A stretch of DNA of 64,000 nucleotides from Candidatus Thorarchaeota archaeon (lineage in GTDB: Archaea; Asgardarchaeota; Thorarchaeia; Thorarchaeales; Thorarchaeaceae), in the NCBI GenBank assembly GCA_011364985.1, contig RDOC01000001.1:96001-160000 (forward strand), read 5' to 3'. The notes beneath the pieces are model-generated. The model did not search any database, was not told where the DNA came from, and saw nothing but the letters and a program-made list of their open reading frames with translations. The translations under genes were made by a program, and so were the position numbers. Shown piece by piece: positions 28,406-38,759 of the stretch (the first letter of the stretch is position 1; every line of letters begins with the position of its first letter).

Positions 28406-29350
28406 CTAACAATATGAGTAAGTGAACTGCATATGCCTGTATGTTTCCCTAAGACCTACCTTGTGATACAATCCAATCGCTGCGGAATTATCGATATCTA
28501 CAAGCAATTCCACCCTTGTGTGACCTTTAAGATACGCGCGATTCATGACCTCCTGTAGAAGGCATAATCCATATCCTTTTCTTCGATGCTCAGCGAGTAC
28601 TCCTAGGGCATTTATCTGCAGTATTTTGCCATCCCTTTCATCAGTGCCACCAGAAACTGTCCAACCTACGCACAGCCCCACTGGAATGTTTCTGACTTCT
28701 CCCAATACAACGAGGTTAGGATCAAAGCCCACGAGCTTACTGCGTGATTCTAGGGACTGTGATGTGACTGGAGCATAGTACATTGTATTCTTGAATAGCT
28801 TATTCTGAAGGGTTGCCCATGTTTCCAGTTCTTTCTGGGGATGTAAAGCTCTCACTTTGAAGCCCCATGGATATAGCGCTGGTCTTACTGGTTCGGTGAA
28901 ATCAAGTCTCATTTTGACGCGAGAATTAATGTGATGAAAACCAAGACTTGCAGCGAAAGCGATGGCATAAGGTCGGAAGCTCAGAGCCCGAAGGGATAAC
29001 TCATTGACATGTTGATTCATTGCTCTTAAACGAAGCCGAAGGAATAGGCTTGTACCTATCCCCCTTCTACGATATTTCGGATGTACGTGAATGACAAGTT
29101 GTGCTCTTTTCAGTTCCTCGGACACGAATATTGTGCCAGCAGCAACAAGGAAACCTGCACTATCTCGTACTAGAACAACATCCTTGGACAGGTCGGTTCC
29201 AGATGACTGGAATGCAGAACGGAAATAACGTGCCGTATAGTCAGAATGATTCTTATTATCATAGCCCTCGCTAAGGTTGTACAACATGGCATAGTCGCTG
29301 AGCATCTCTTCGTCCCCAGGCCCATAGAAGAATAGTTCTTCTTCAACCAT
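28406..29350 (-). CDS. Tandem GNAT acetyltransferase
   Basis: VHPKYRRRGIG and VLAEHRRKGYG..NSAAIGLYHKVG. Confidence 0.88.
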   Translation of the reverse strand: MVEEELFFYGPGDEEMLSDYAMLYNLSEGYDNKNHSDYTARYFRSAFQSSGTDLSKDVVLVRDSAGFLVAAGTIFVSEELKRAQLVIHVHPKYRRRGIGTSLFLRLRLRAMNQHVNELSLRALSFRPYAIAFAASLGFHHINSRVKMRLDFTEPVRPALYPWGFKVRALHPQKELETWATLQNKLFKNTMYYAPVTSQSLESRSKLVGFDPNLVVLGEVRNIPVGLCVGWTVSGGTDERDGKILQINALGVLAEHRRKGYGLCLLQEVMNRAYLKGHTRVELLVDIDNSAAIGLYHKVGLRETYRHMQFTYSYC

Positions 29351-30047
29351 GAGCCTGTTCCACCGTTCTTAATGGCTGGGCAGCGAGTTCAGCAACATGT
29401 CCCCAGAAACGTCTTTTTCTCAAATGTTTGTAATGGAGGATTGCAGAACCCAAGTCAGTTATTTTCACATATTTCCTTCTGGAATGGCGTATTCTAGCTA
29501 TGTAACCCGCTTTCTCCAAGTCACTTAGGTGCCTGGAAACACCCGACCTTTGTATTCCGGTTTCCTTGGTTATATCCTTTTGATATGTCGGCACCGGCTG
29601 TTTTGCAAGAAAATCTAATATATCCCGCTTTCTTCGGTGTAGATTCATCAACTCTGAGGGCCATATCTCAGTGATTTCAAATACATCGTCTGCCGTTGGG
29701 CAGAGTATTGTGGCATTTGTAATCGCGGCCGCAACACATGCTGCAATTGCAAGGAGTCCCTTGCTCAATGCCACATTGAACTCAATTTGATATTCGTCAA
29801 TCCTGTGGTGGTCCAAAGATCTTAGAACTGCTGTAAGAATGCTGTAAAAGTTGTATGGATCTACAGATACACTAGTGACAGGAAATCCTAATGCTGTGTA
29901 TCTCTCCAGAATTCCAGCAGCAAGTTCTTGTTTATCCATGGGGTATATAATCACAAGCTCTGCAACTGATCTTCGCATCAAAACGCGCTCGATAGGTGCT
30001 CCCCCCTCCTCATCAAGTATTGCTACGTGGATTGTTGGTTGTGTCAT
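29343..30047 (-). CDS. MarR/ArsR-type HTH regulator with an N-terminal Rossmann (CARF-like) domain
   Basis: YQKDITKETGIQRSGVSRHLSDLEKAGYI; N-terminal IEFNVALSKGLLAIAA resembles the CARF NxSGG strand-helix. Confidence 0.72.
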   Translation of the reverse strand: MTQPTIHVAILDEEGGAPIERVLMRRSVAELVIIYPMDKQELAAGILERYTALGFPVTSVSVDPYNFYSILTAVLRSLDHHRIDEYQIEFNVALSKGLLAIAACVAAAITNATILCPTADDVFEITEIWPSELMNLHRRKRDILDFLAKQPVPTYQKDITKETGIQRSGVSRHLSDLEKAGYIARIRHSRRKYVKITDLGSAILHYKHLRKRRFWGHVAELAAQPLRTVEQAHG

Positions 30048-30400
30048 TTGACATCCGACCTCGTGGTTTTTTCACGCTCAAGAGACCCCTATTGAAGCAC
30101 AAGTCCGTGTTTCAGGGCTGTTCTTGATTCCTTCGTGGTATGGATTGTCGTTTTCAAGGCGAGGGACTAGACACTCTCCACCTACCTGTTTCTCGTATTG
30201 CATCTCAATATTCCAAGTTTGTCCCTGTTCCTATCTAAAACAATACAAGATTTGGGTATATAAGCAAACGATTCCTTCTCAATATGGCGTTCTAATGCAG
30301 AAATCGAAGGTTTAGCGTGCAGTCCCCATTTTGGCCAGTAGCATTCATCAACGATTTTGAATTTTTCAAAGATAATTGATACCGGATGCTCCTTGCAAGT

Positions 30401-32080
30401 CTAACCGCGTCTCTTGACCACCGGTACGGTTGCAAGAGCAGACTTGGCCGTTTTACGCGTTGGCGCTTCACATTCCTCTTCCAGCGAGTCAATCCATATG
30501 TCTATCTCTCTGTCTGGAGATAACCATCTTTGCCTTTCCTCACTCCAGAGATGTTCGGGGAATCGCCATTGGCCCCATATACCACTTCCGAGGGGAGAGG
30601 CAACTACATTCCAACCGAGTTTCCTAATTGTGTCCATCATCTTGGTTGACCCGCCAATGGGAAGGTCGATGAGCATTGTGAGATCTCGTCTCTTACCATA
30701 TTGCAGAACAACGTGCGGAATCTCTCTTGACCATGCGTCAAGCATGCTACTGATTCTGCTGTCTGTGGCACGGAGAGCCACTCTTTCAACCAAGCCAATA
30801 TTGTGTGCATCCCAGACGCTCCGAATCAGTCCAGCAGACCGCAACCGCTTCATACGACGCGAAAGCTGGTTTTGTCCAATGCCTAGTCGCTTTCTTAGTG
30901 CTCTCGTTGAAGAAACATTTTCGTGAATATAGCTTAAGATCATTATGTCAGTGTTGTCAATGTATTCATTTGTTGTTAGTGAAGGTGTATCAATCTGCTC
31001 TATCACCTTGTCTAGTGATTCTCTCTCTATCCTTTGTCCCCATCCCAGCATTGCCACCCATGGAATAGCCCATTGGTGGTTTGCCACATCATAATGGTAG
31101 AACGAGAATGAATGACCCGCTGAATGCGTTTCCCCTATGTCCACTGTTACGTCAATGTCATTGAGCCGCTTTGCCATAAGCTTGAGCGATTTGATATTGT
31201 CATAATTGTCAGGAACAGCCAATCTAGCCATTACTTGCCATGGTCCGTTAAGGATATGTCTAATGCTGTACAAGAAAGGGCACTTATTCAAGAAACGAGA
31301 AGGGTCAAGTGAAGGTATACCAGAGAGCAAGACGTGAAAAGATCGAATTCCGATTCTTGAAAATGGCGTCGTTGTAAGGCCAATCAAAACACATTTCCGT
31401 TTGAGCCTATTGATTTGAGTGGAAATCCACGAACTGCTAAGCCCGGTCAATGATGCCAACACGTCATTTGATGCTTCCTGATTTCTCAGCAAGATATCTA
31501 GAATCTTCACCTCTGCATGCCCCAGTGACACTTGAATGTCTTGGCTTCTTCGAGCCATATACTCGATATATTCCTCAAAGTCTAGCACATGGCCATACCG
31601 TGCCATAGCCACAAGCTCATGAATGAGAAGTCCAAAATGGCGTCTTCCCCCTAGTGCGCTTATCCATTTCATCAGCTTGAATGAGTTATACTCAAGGTTT
31701 GAGCGCATCCTTCTTGAAGGAATTGCCTTCCATAACTCAATCCAACGACTCTGTTCATTCTTGTTCAGATACTGGCGGGCGTATTCTGTACCAAAATCCC
31801 TTTGAGCTTCAGTACAAAGATCATTAGGTAGGGCTGCAATGAAACTCTCTCTGAAAACAACTCCCTTAAGTGATAGTCTACCACTTGCGACTTTTTCTGA
31901 GATCTTGAGTTCGCGAATTTTGGCATTGAAGTGTCCCCCAATTCGCAGAACTCCACTTTCAGGAGAAATTGCTATGTCAGTGGGACCCAAGGGCACCTCA
32001 AGTCCATAACACTCTTGGATCACCTTTGCAGAAGCAGACCAATAGTCTGCAATATTGGATTCTAGTGAAATCATCACCAT
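30401..32080 (-). CDS. Large multi-HTH Lrp/AsnC-like regulator
   Basis: Two HTH motifs (LASLTGLSSSWISTQINRL; LRKRLGIGQNQLSRRMKRL), each followed by RAM-like segments; start uncertain (track gives 32299). Confidence 0.72.
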   Translation of the reverse strand: MVMISLESNIADYWSASAKVIQECYGLEVPLGPTDIAISPESGVLRIGGHFNAKIRELKISEKVASGRLSLKGVVFRESFIAALPNDLCTEAQRDFGTEYARQYLNKNEQSRWIELWKAIPSRRMRSNLEYNSFKLMKWISALGGRRHFGLLIHELVAMARYGHVLDFEEYIEYMARRSQDIQVSLGHAEVKILDILLRNQEASNDVLASLTGLSSSWISTQINRLKRKCVLIGLTTTPFSRIGIRSFHVLLSGIPSLDPSRFLNKCPFLYSIRHILNGPWQVMARLAVPDNYDNIKSLKLMAKRLNDIDVTVDIGETHSAGHSFSFYHYDVANHQWAIPWVAMLGWGQRIERESLDKVIEQIDTPSLTTNEYIDNTDIMILSYIHENVSSTRALRKRLGIGQNQLSRRMKRLRSAGLIRSVWDAHNIGLVERVALRATDSRISSMLDAWSREIPHVVLQYGKRRDLTMLIDLPIGGSTKMMDTIRKLGWNVVASPLGSGIWGQWRFPEHLWSEERQRWLSPDREIDIWIDSLEEECEAPTRKTAKSALATVPVVKRRG

Positions 32081-32421
32081 CTTCGGTTTACTTGAGGCCT
32101 TAAGAGCTTGTGGTGTTTTAAGTGTGTTTGGAAAAACGCCAATTGCTGAGGTGTTTTCCGTAGAGTTGTCGTATGGAACGCAACTTATCATCTGGACGTA
32201 CATTTCGACCGTCATAGTTTGAATTGAAATCCTGCGCAGAATAGCCGATGAAAATGTACGGACCACCAGAGAATCCCATAGAACCGTGGTAATGGTCAAA
32301 TTAGACTGAGCATTATAGTAAACACTACTGAGTCAGCGGTTTAGATGGTCAATCGCCTGAACATAGGCATCTCCATCGAGCGCCAGCTTACGATTACTGA
32401 GTTGCAGAGGTATCTTGGATT

Positions 32422-33798
32422 ATGACGATGATAGTTGTCCCCTTATTATCGGCGGCTATCCAGCTAACAGGGGTAATACTCGGTGCCCAGTTTGTCAAGG
32501 ATGACAATCCAAACCCTTTTGGAGTCTTCCTCTCGGCTTCTTGTATTGCGCTACTTGTTAGGAGCCTTTCTCTTCTGGTGACGCAGAGCTTTAATGAATT
32601 CAGCGGGGTAATGGACTATCCTTTTGAAGTACTACTGCTTCTTGTTTCAGGAGTTCTTGTAGGAATGACTTATGCCTTGACTGAGTCTTTGCCAGAAACA
32701 GGCAAGATCTTACCTTCAATTTCAATACATCCGGAATTGCACCTGCTCAGAGCAACTCTTGAGTCAACAGCCGAAGGCATTCTTGTGGTTGATGATGCAG
32801 GCACACATCTTCTCAGCAACACGCGATTTGCCGAGATGTGCAGAATTCCAAGGTCTCTGACGACCAAGGGAGTAGATGTCAATTCTCTTGACTATGTAAC
32901 AGATCAGTTGGAGGACTCACTAAGATTCCAATCATACTTCAATGAACTCAGACATAGTATGAAAGCGGATATCTTTGATCTCAAGTTTCTTGATGGACGG
33001 CTGTTCGAGTGCTACACTGTTCCGATAGTTCAGGGCGATCGAAGCTTCAGTAGAATCTGGAGCTTCCGAGATGTGACAATACTTAGACGCGCCGAGGACA
33101 AAGCAATGCTCTATCTGGACCTAATGAGTCACGATATCAGAAACCGCCTTCAAGGTATTGCCATGAGTCTGGAGATACTAAACCTCTTTGTACAAGATAG
33201 CAGCTCAATTGAAACGATCAATGATATTGAAAACAATGTTCAGAGATGCGCCAGCCTTATTTCTAAGGTCAAAGCAACCGAAAAAATAGACAAAGCACCT
33301 CTTGCTGGAAGATCTTTGTCAACCGCTATTGAACAATCACTGAAGGCGATCCAGTCGAGTTTTGATGGGGTCGAAGTAGACTACTCATCAAACGTTGAGA
33401 ATGCGATTGTACAATCAGATAGCTTCCTCGAAACACTTCTAGCCAATGTACTTGAGAATGCGGTCATTCATAATCACAGCAATAAGAAGTGTATCTGGGT
33501 GAATCTCAGGAAACTGGATCAGGGATACGAGGTTACAATAGCAGATAATGGTCCAGGAATTCATGACGAACTCAAGGCTGACTTATTCCACAAAGACAGA
33601 AGATACGGCGGAGTGGGACTTCATCTGGTTTCGCATGTAACGGAGAAGTATGGTGGTAGCTTGCAGATTTCAGACCGTATTCCCGGGTGCCCCGAACAAG
33701 GCTTAGAGTTTCGATTGTGGATTCCTAGTCTTGAGGAAGAACGAAGCTGTTTTGACTATGCTTGCAAGACAGATATAGGGTCATCTAGCAGAATGTAA
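32422..33798 (+). CDS. Membrane sensor histidine kinase with PAS domain
   Basis: TM helices, PAS, SHDIRNRL, NVLENA, DNGPGI, GGVGL. Confidence 0.9.
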   Translation: MTMIVVPLLSAAIQLTGVILGAQFVKDDNPNPFGVFLSASCIALLVRSLSLLVTQSFNEFSGVMDYPFEVLLLLVSGVLVGMTYALTESLPETGKILPSISIHPELHLLRATLESTAEGILVVDDAGTHLLSNTRFAEMCRIPRSLTTKGVDVNSLDYVTDQLEDSLRFQSYFNELRHSMKADIFDLKFLDGRLFECYTVPIVQGDRSFSRIWSFRDVTILRRAEDKAMLYLDLMSHDIRNRLQGIAMSLEILNLFVQDSSSIETINDIENNVQRCASLISKVKATEKIDKAPLAGRSLSTAIEQSLKAIQSSFDGVEVDYSSNVENAIVQSDSFLETLLANVLENAVIHNHSNKKCIWVNLRKLDQGYEVTIADNGPGIHDELKADLFHKDRRYGGVGLHLVSHVTEKYGGSLQISDRIPGCPEQGLEFRLWIPSLEEERSCFDYACKTDIGSSSRM

Positions 33799-33802
33799 AC
33801 GC

Positions 33803-34852
33803 CTAATCCACAATGGGTAAGAGAATCTCAAAAGATGCGCCCCTTCGGATATCCGAATCGATGAGCTCAATGCTGCCGCCCATTGTCTCTAATACACGTC
33901 TTGACAGGTACAGCCCAAGTCCGCCTCCTCGGGTGGAAACTCCCTTCTGGAATAATGCTCCTCTAATCTCCTTTGCCACTCCAGGTCCATCATCAGCCAC
34001 CACAACTCTAAGAGTATCATCTTGTTTTGAAATCGAAATAGTAACGGTTGGATGGTTTCCTGCATAGACTTCGGCATTCCGCAGGAGGTTATCAAAAACA
34101 AGTGGAAGAAGCTGGCTAGCGGGAATACGAACACCCTTGACGCTTTCATCGACCATAACTTCAACTTTCATGCCCATGCTGGCTATCTTGATCTGGTTTG
34201 CGATTCTTCCTATCATAGCAATGGGATCGGTATCGGCCATTTTGGCAGCTGCTCCAAATGCATTCAGGAGATTCAGCATTCGTTCACAAACGGCTTCGGT
34301 TGAGGCAAGAATCTCATCCAACACATCATCTCTATCTGATATGGTCATCTTGGCAATCTCAACATTCCCCAAGATTACCCCGAGATCGTTCCGAAAATCG
34401 TGTCTCAGCAGGGATGCATAGAGCTCAAGTTCATGATGTAGTTGATCCTTGGTCCTCTCAACCTGTTTCAGTTCCATGTAACGACCAAGCTCTGCCGCCA
34501 CCGTATCGATGAAGTTCCTTTCGTGAAGTAGAAAAGGGCCTTCTTCCGCACAGGGTTTCTCTTCAAGGTAATAGACTTCCACCGCACCAATAGGAGTGTC
34601 CCCTATTGCTATTTCAGCTCTTTGCAGCCAATCAGTCGTTCTGAAATTCGCCGAAGAAATCTTTTTGTTATCCCAAATCACTCTGGCACAGGTATCGTTA
34701 GGGTATTGCCAAGCCTCGGGAAGCAAGTGCACTAGAGTATTTATGACTTCAGAGGTTTCCTTCTGTGATTCTTTGAAGAGCTTGGAGATCACATTAAGAC
34801 ACAGTATTTGGTGTGCTATTGCTTCAATTGATTGAACATTTTTCTCCGGCAA
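33803..34852 (-). CDS. Histidine kinase with GAF-like input domain
   Basis: RHDFRNDL, NLLRNA, DDGPGV, GGLGL. Confidence 0.9.
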   Translation of the reverse strand: MPEKNVQSIEAIAHQILCLNVISKLFKESQKETSEVINTLVHLLPEAWQYPNDTCARVIWDNKKISSANFRTTDWLQRAEIAIGDTPIGAVEVYYLEEKPCAEEGPFLLHERNFIDTVAAELGRYMELKQVERTKDQLHHELELYASLLRHDFRNDLGVILGNVEIAKMTISDRDDVLDEILASTEAVCERMLNLLNAFGAAAKMADTDPIAMIGRIANQIKIASMGMKVEVMVDESVKGVRIPASQLLPLVFDNLLRNAEVYAGNHPTVTISISKQDDTLRVVVADDGPGVAKEIRGALFQKGVSTRGGGLGLYLSRRVLETMGGSIELIDSDIRRGASFEILLPIVD

Positions 34853-35231
34853 GTGAATGCTAACCTCATGTGACTAATAGGATCTATTGGTAGACAGACA
34901 GCGAGAATAGGTCCAATATGTATCTAAGAATGTTTCGTCAAACGTATTTTCAGGATTATAAGTTGCTACTAGCTCTAAGTGAATATGAAATCGAATCGTT
35001 CGATCCCCCCCCTCCGTAATGGGATATCTTGAACAGAAACTTCTGCAATACGAGATTAATCGGTAAACTGAAAGAAGAGGATTTGAGCTTACATAAAAGG
35101 AGGAGGGAGTAGATAGGGAGTATGCTAAAAAGGGAATTTCAGATGAATATAATGATGATTTGCAACGAAGTTGCTCAGAATCCCTCATGATGTTGTGATG
35201 CATAATCAGAGGAATTGGAGGTAATGAAGGA

Positions 35232-36335
35232 ATGGAGAATCTCCAACTTATCGTATCCCTCATTGAAGGCACTAACGATCTAATTCACAGCATTCAGGCA
35301 GATGAAAGCATGGAATTCGTAAACAGATCTTGGTTGGAAACCATGGGCTATTCCCACAAGGATATTGAAACGTTGAAGACAAAGGATTATGTTTTTCCCG
35401 GCCAAATTAGGAAGTATCAAGAACTCGTAAAGGAAATCTTTCGTGGCAAGACTAAGAAGGATGTTCAGGTGACCTTTGTCACGAAGAATGGTGATTTGAT
35501 TGAGACGGAGGGAAACATGTTTCCAAGACAAGAGGGTGGCAAAGTTGTTGCTGCAGTTGGCTTCTTCAGAGATGTCACAGAGAAAATGGAAACCAAGAAA
35601 AGGCTTCAGGAAGCAAAAGCAGACACCGAGTTCTTTGTGGACTTGATGGTTCATGACATAGCAAATATCCACCAAGAACTCCTATCTGCTCTCGAAATCC
35701 TTCTCTTTAATCGGGAGATGCCGAGTGAAATTGAGGCCATTGTCAAAGAAAGTCTTGCTGAATTAGAAAGAGGATCAGACCTGATTTCCAATGTCAGGAA
35801 ATTGACGCGTCTTTACAAAGAAGCCTTGGAAACAAGGGAGAAGGACTTGGCGAGTAGCATCTCTATTTCCGCCAAGAACGTTGAGAGAAGCTTCCCTGAA
35901 AAGAAGTTACTTCTTCGAATGAATATCGAACCTGGGGACTTCGTCGTTAGGGCCGATGAGTATCTTGAGGATGTATTCTTCGGACTTCTACACAACTCGA
36001 TGAAGTTTGACGAGAAGAATGAGGTTGAAGTGGATATGCAGATTGAAGCCATCAAGCACACACCTTTTCTCAAGATTCAAATTAAGGACCACGGCCCTGG
36101 AATTAGGGACGAGGAAAAGGAGTCTGTATTTGCGCGTTTCGCTCATAGGCGGGAAAGCGTTATGGGCCTAGGTCTTGGTTTGACTTTGGTAAGGAAAATT
36201 CTTGAGAACTATGGTGCGTATATTCGCGTAGAGGATCGTGTTGAGGGCGATCATACTAAGGGGGCCAATTTTGTGATACTTATGCGATATGAAGAACTCG
36301 GAAGCAAGAGAATAGCAAAGGAGGTTGAGGCGTGA
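35232..36335 (+). CDS. PAS histidine kinase
   Basis: PAS/PAC, VHDIANIH, LLHNS, DHGPGI, GLGLGL. Confidence 0.9.
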   Translation: MENLQLIVSLIEGTNDLIHSIQADESMEFVNRSWLETMGYSHKDIETLKTKDYVFPGQIRKYQELVKEIFRGKTKKDVQVTFVTKNGDLIETEGNMFPRQEGGKVVAAVGFFRDVTEKMETKKRLQEAKADTEFFVDLMVHDIANIHQELLSALEILLFNREMPSEIEAIVKESLAELERGSDLISNVRKLTRLYKEALETREKDLASSISISAKNVERSFPEKKLLLRMNIEPGDFVVRADEYLEDVFFGLLHNSMKFDEKNEVEVDMQIEAIKHTPFLKIQIKDHGPGIRDEEKESVFARFAHRRESVMGLGLGLTLVRKILENYGAYIRVEDRVEGDHTKGANFVILMRYEELGSKRIAKEVEA

Positions 36336-36694
36336 TGGTAAGTATACTCATTGTCGATGATGACAAATTCCTGCACAAAGTGTTGGAGAAAATCCTAATC
36401 ATTGGCGGCCATCAGGTTGTCGACCACGCATACGACGGAGCAGAGGCACTGGAGAAGTTTGTGAAACTCAATCCAAAGCCTGATATTATTCTGATGGACC
36501 ATCGAATGCCTGTCATGAATGGCGCCACTGCCACAAGAGAAATCACCCGCTTGAATCTAGATAGTCTAATCATTTTCATCAGTGCTGATGACACTGTGAA
36601 GGAAGAAGCGATGCAGTCCGGCGCCCGTGATTTCCTTACAAAGCCCATTCGCAGCTCAGAGCTTTTCTCAGTAATTGACAAACATTCGGCATAA
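36332..36694 (+). CDS. Single-domain response regulator (CheY-like)
   Basis: IVDDD, ILMDHRMP, ISA, FLTKP; overlaps the kinase stop. Confidence 0.92.
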   Translation: MMVSILIVDDDKFLHKVLEKILIIGGHQVVDHAYDGAEALEKFVKLNPKPDIILMDHRMPVMNGATATREITRLNLDSLIIFISADDTVKEEAMQSGARDFLTKPIRSSELFSVIDKHSA

Positions 36695-37069
36695 CAACTT
36701 CATGAGATGCTCGATATGTGAAGCATTCGTATCTGGAATAGAGGCTCGCTTTCTGAGCATCTGACAACTCCAAGGATGCCAAAGATCCTTAAGAGAGCAG
36801 ATCCTCCGGCCAATCTGTCAGGATACGAGTTTCTACCATGCACTCACATACTTGTGTGCAGAGTTGAGAATCACTGAACACTGGCCGTAGCTGTTTCTGT
36901 CATGACTATTTTCATCGGTAAAGTAAAGGTCAGAGCCCGCCTTGTCAGAAGAAATCTCGTGAGACCGACACTTTGCTACAAAGCAAGGTTGAAGAGTGAG
37001 TTTCAAGGATGCTTGCCAATCCTCAACGAATGCCAAAGCTGAGATTCCATTTGCAGTGACTACTCCAAA

Positions 37070-38359
37070 TTACACAACCAAGTCCTCGAAGCTCGAACTC
37101 CACACTTCAAGGCAAGAAGTCATTGCCTCTTTCGAGATCCTTTCGGCAGTCGCAGAACCCAATTTCTGTGAAACTTGATTCGCCAAATCCTTCTGAATAG
37201 ACTCAAGAGCATCAGATAGCTGGAGCAAATTTCTGATTTCGAGAGCCTCTTCAAGCCGACAAGTGATTTTGAAACCTCTGCTGCATTCTATTCTAGTGGC
37301 CCATGGAATTTGAGCCACAGTTCTTTCAATTGCCAGATTGAAGTAGTTTCTTATTGATTTCGCATCCAAAAGGTTTGAGGCCCTTTTGAGCATCATTGTG
37401 AGGATACATTCATTGACAAGAACTAGCTTTCGTTCAAGCGTGACTCTTTGAATGTATCCTCCATTCGTCAACAGACCAAGTTCAATCATCAGCGTTTCGC
37501 TAGAGTCCAATTTCAGCTTACGCAGAATATGAATCAGTTTTGTCCTATTATTTAGTGATCCAATGACCTTCAGCGTATCTAGTCGAAGTTTCTTTGGATT
37601 TTGCATGTCTAGTAAGAAACTGCCTGACTCCTCTGATAGCATGAGAATATCATCGTCAGGCGGAACAAAAACAACATGAATGAATCTATTCCACAGTGCC
37701 CTTGATATCAGTTCTGTAATCTCTTCAAACGATACCTCTAGAAGCTGCATTGCTGATGAAAGCGTCATCCGGTCCTCAATTTGAGTGAGTAGCTTCTTAA
37801 TATTGTATGACCATCGAGGCGATTCACAGTGAACAAAGTTCTCTCTCCAATCATAACCTTTCAGAATTATGGCTCTGTTGGATAGTCTGTCTGCAACAAA
37901 CAATCTCCTTACGAACTGGTCGAAATCGCGAAATGCACTTCCTTCAAATCCATCAGCTTCCCTGAGTATCGCAAAGCTATCTTCAAATTCTCTCACTATC
38001 CTACGAAGTTTGCTTCTTGCCTCGCTTGTTTCTTTCTTTACAACAAGAACGCCCATTGCCCATTCGCCCTCTTCAACAATGAGGGTTGTATCGGAGCCAT
38101 ACTCTGTCTTCCAGTGAGTACGTCTAGTTCCAGTTATTTCTTGCATGAAAGATGTAAGTGCTGAAATCAAACCTGATAGCACCTGTGTATCTTGTGATAC
38201 AGCAACGAATTCATGAGAATATGGCGCGACACCCGAAAATGCATTCAGAATGAACAAGAATTGCTCATTTGATAGTGTGGAGTAATCCTTTGTCGCAAAG
38301 GACTCCCTATCCGATCTAAGAAATGAAACCAAATCACTTCCTGACGGAAATCGACTCAT
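37070..38359 (-). CDS. Longin-domain protein with C-terminal winged-helix repeats
   Basis: LFILNAFSG...VLSGLISALTSFMQEI...LRRIVREFEDSF (Asgard longin pattern); two wH-like segments downstream. Confidence 0.68.
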   Translation of the reverse strand: MSRFPSGSDLVSFLRSDRESFATKDYSTLSNEQFLFILNAFSGVAPYSHEFVAVSQDTQVLSGLISALTSFMQEITGTRRTHWKTEYGSDTTLIVEEGEWAMGVLVVKKETSEARSKLRRIVREFEDSFAILREADGFEGSAFRDFDQFVRRLFVADRLSNRAIILKGYDWRENFVHCESPRWSYNIKKLLTQIEDRMTLSSAMQLLEVSFEEITELISRALWNRFIHVVFVPPDDDILMLSEESGSFLLDMQNPKKLRLDTLKVIGSLNNRTKLIHILRKLKLDSSETLMIELGLLTNGGYIQRVTLERKLVLVNECILTMMLKRASNLLDAKSIRNYFNLAIERTVAQIPWATRIECSRGFKITCRLEEALEIRNLLQLSDALESIQKDLANQVSQKLGSATAERISKEAMTSCLEVWSSSFEDLVV

Positions 38360-38396
38360 AGTATTGCATCCTTCTCTTCAGGTTTGCGTTATCGTG

Positions 38397-38759
38397 TTAT
38401 TTAGTATATCTGCCAATTTCCTCAAAATGATTCTTGCTTTGAGTTGGCTTTGTCATGAAGCCCAGCGCGCCGAACTTCATTGCTCTCTGTTTCACCGAAT
38501 CGTCGGCGCTGATGAACACTACGACTGTATCGGGATTCATTTCCTTGCACTCCTGTGTTGCCGCGACACCATTCATCACAGGCATCCGGTGATTCATCAG
38601 CACGATATCCGGTTTAGGATTCAGTGTGACATACCTTTGGAGAGCTTCTGCCCCATTGAATGCATGTTCAGTTACAGCATGACCGCCCAAGCCCTGGAGA
38701 CGTTCAAGGATTTCGTGAAGAAATACATCATCGTCCACAATCATAATCGACACCATCAT
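38397..38759 (-). CDS. Response regulator paralogue lacking the phospho-acceptor Asp
   Basis: 120-aa paralogue of 36332..36694 with VLMNHRMP in place of ILMDHRMP. Confidence 0.75.
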   Translation of the reverse strand: MMVSIMIVDDDVFLHEILERLQGLGGHAVTEHAFNGAEALQRYVTLNPKPDIVLMNHRMPVMNGVAATQECKEMNPDTVVVFISADDSVKQRAMKFGALGFMTKPTQSKNHFEEIGRYTK

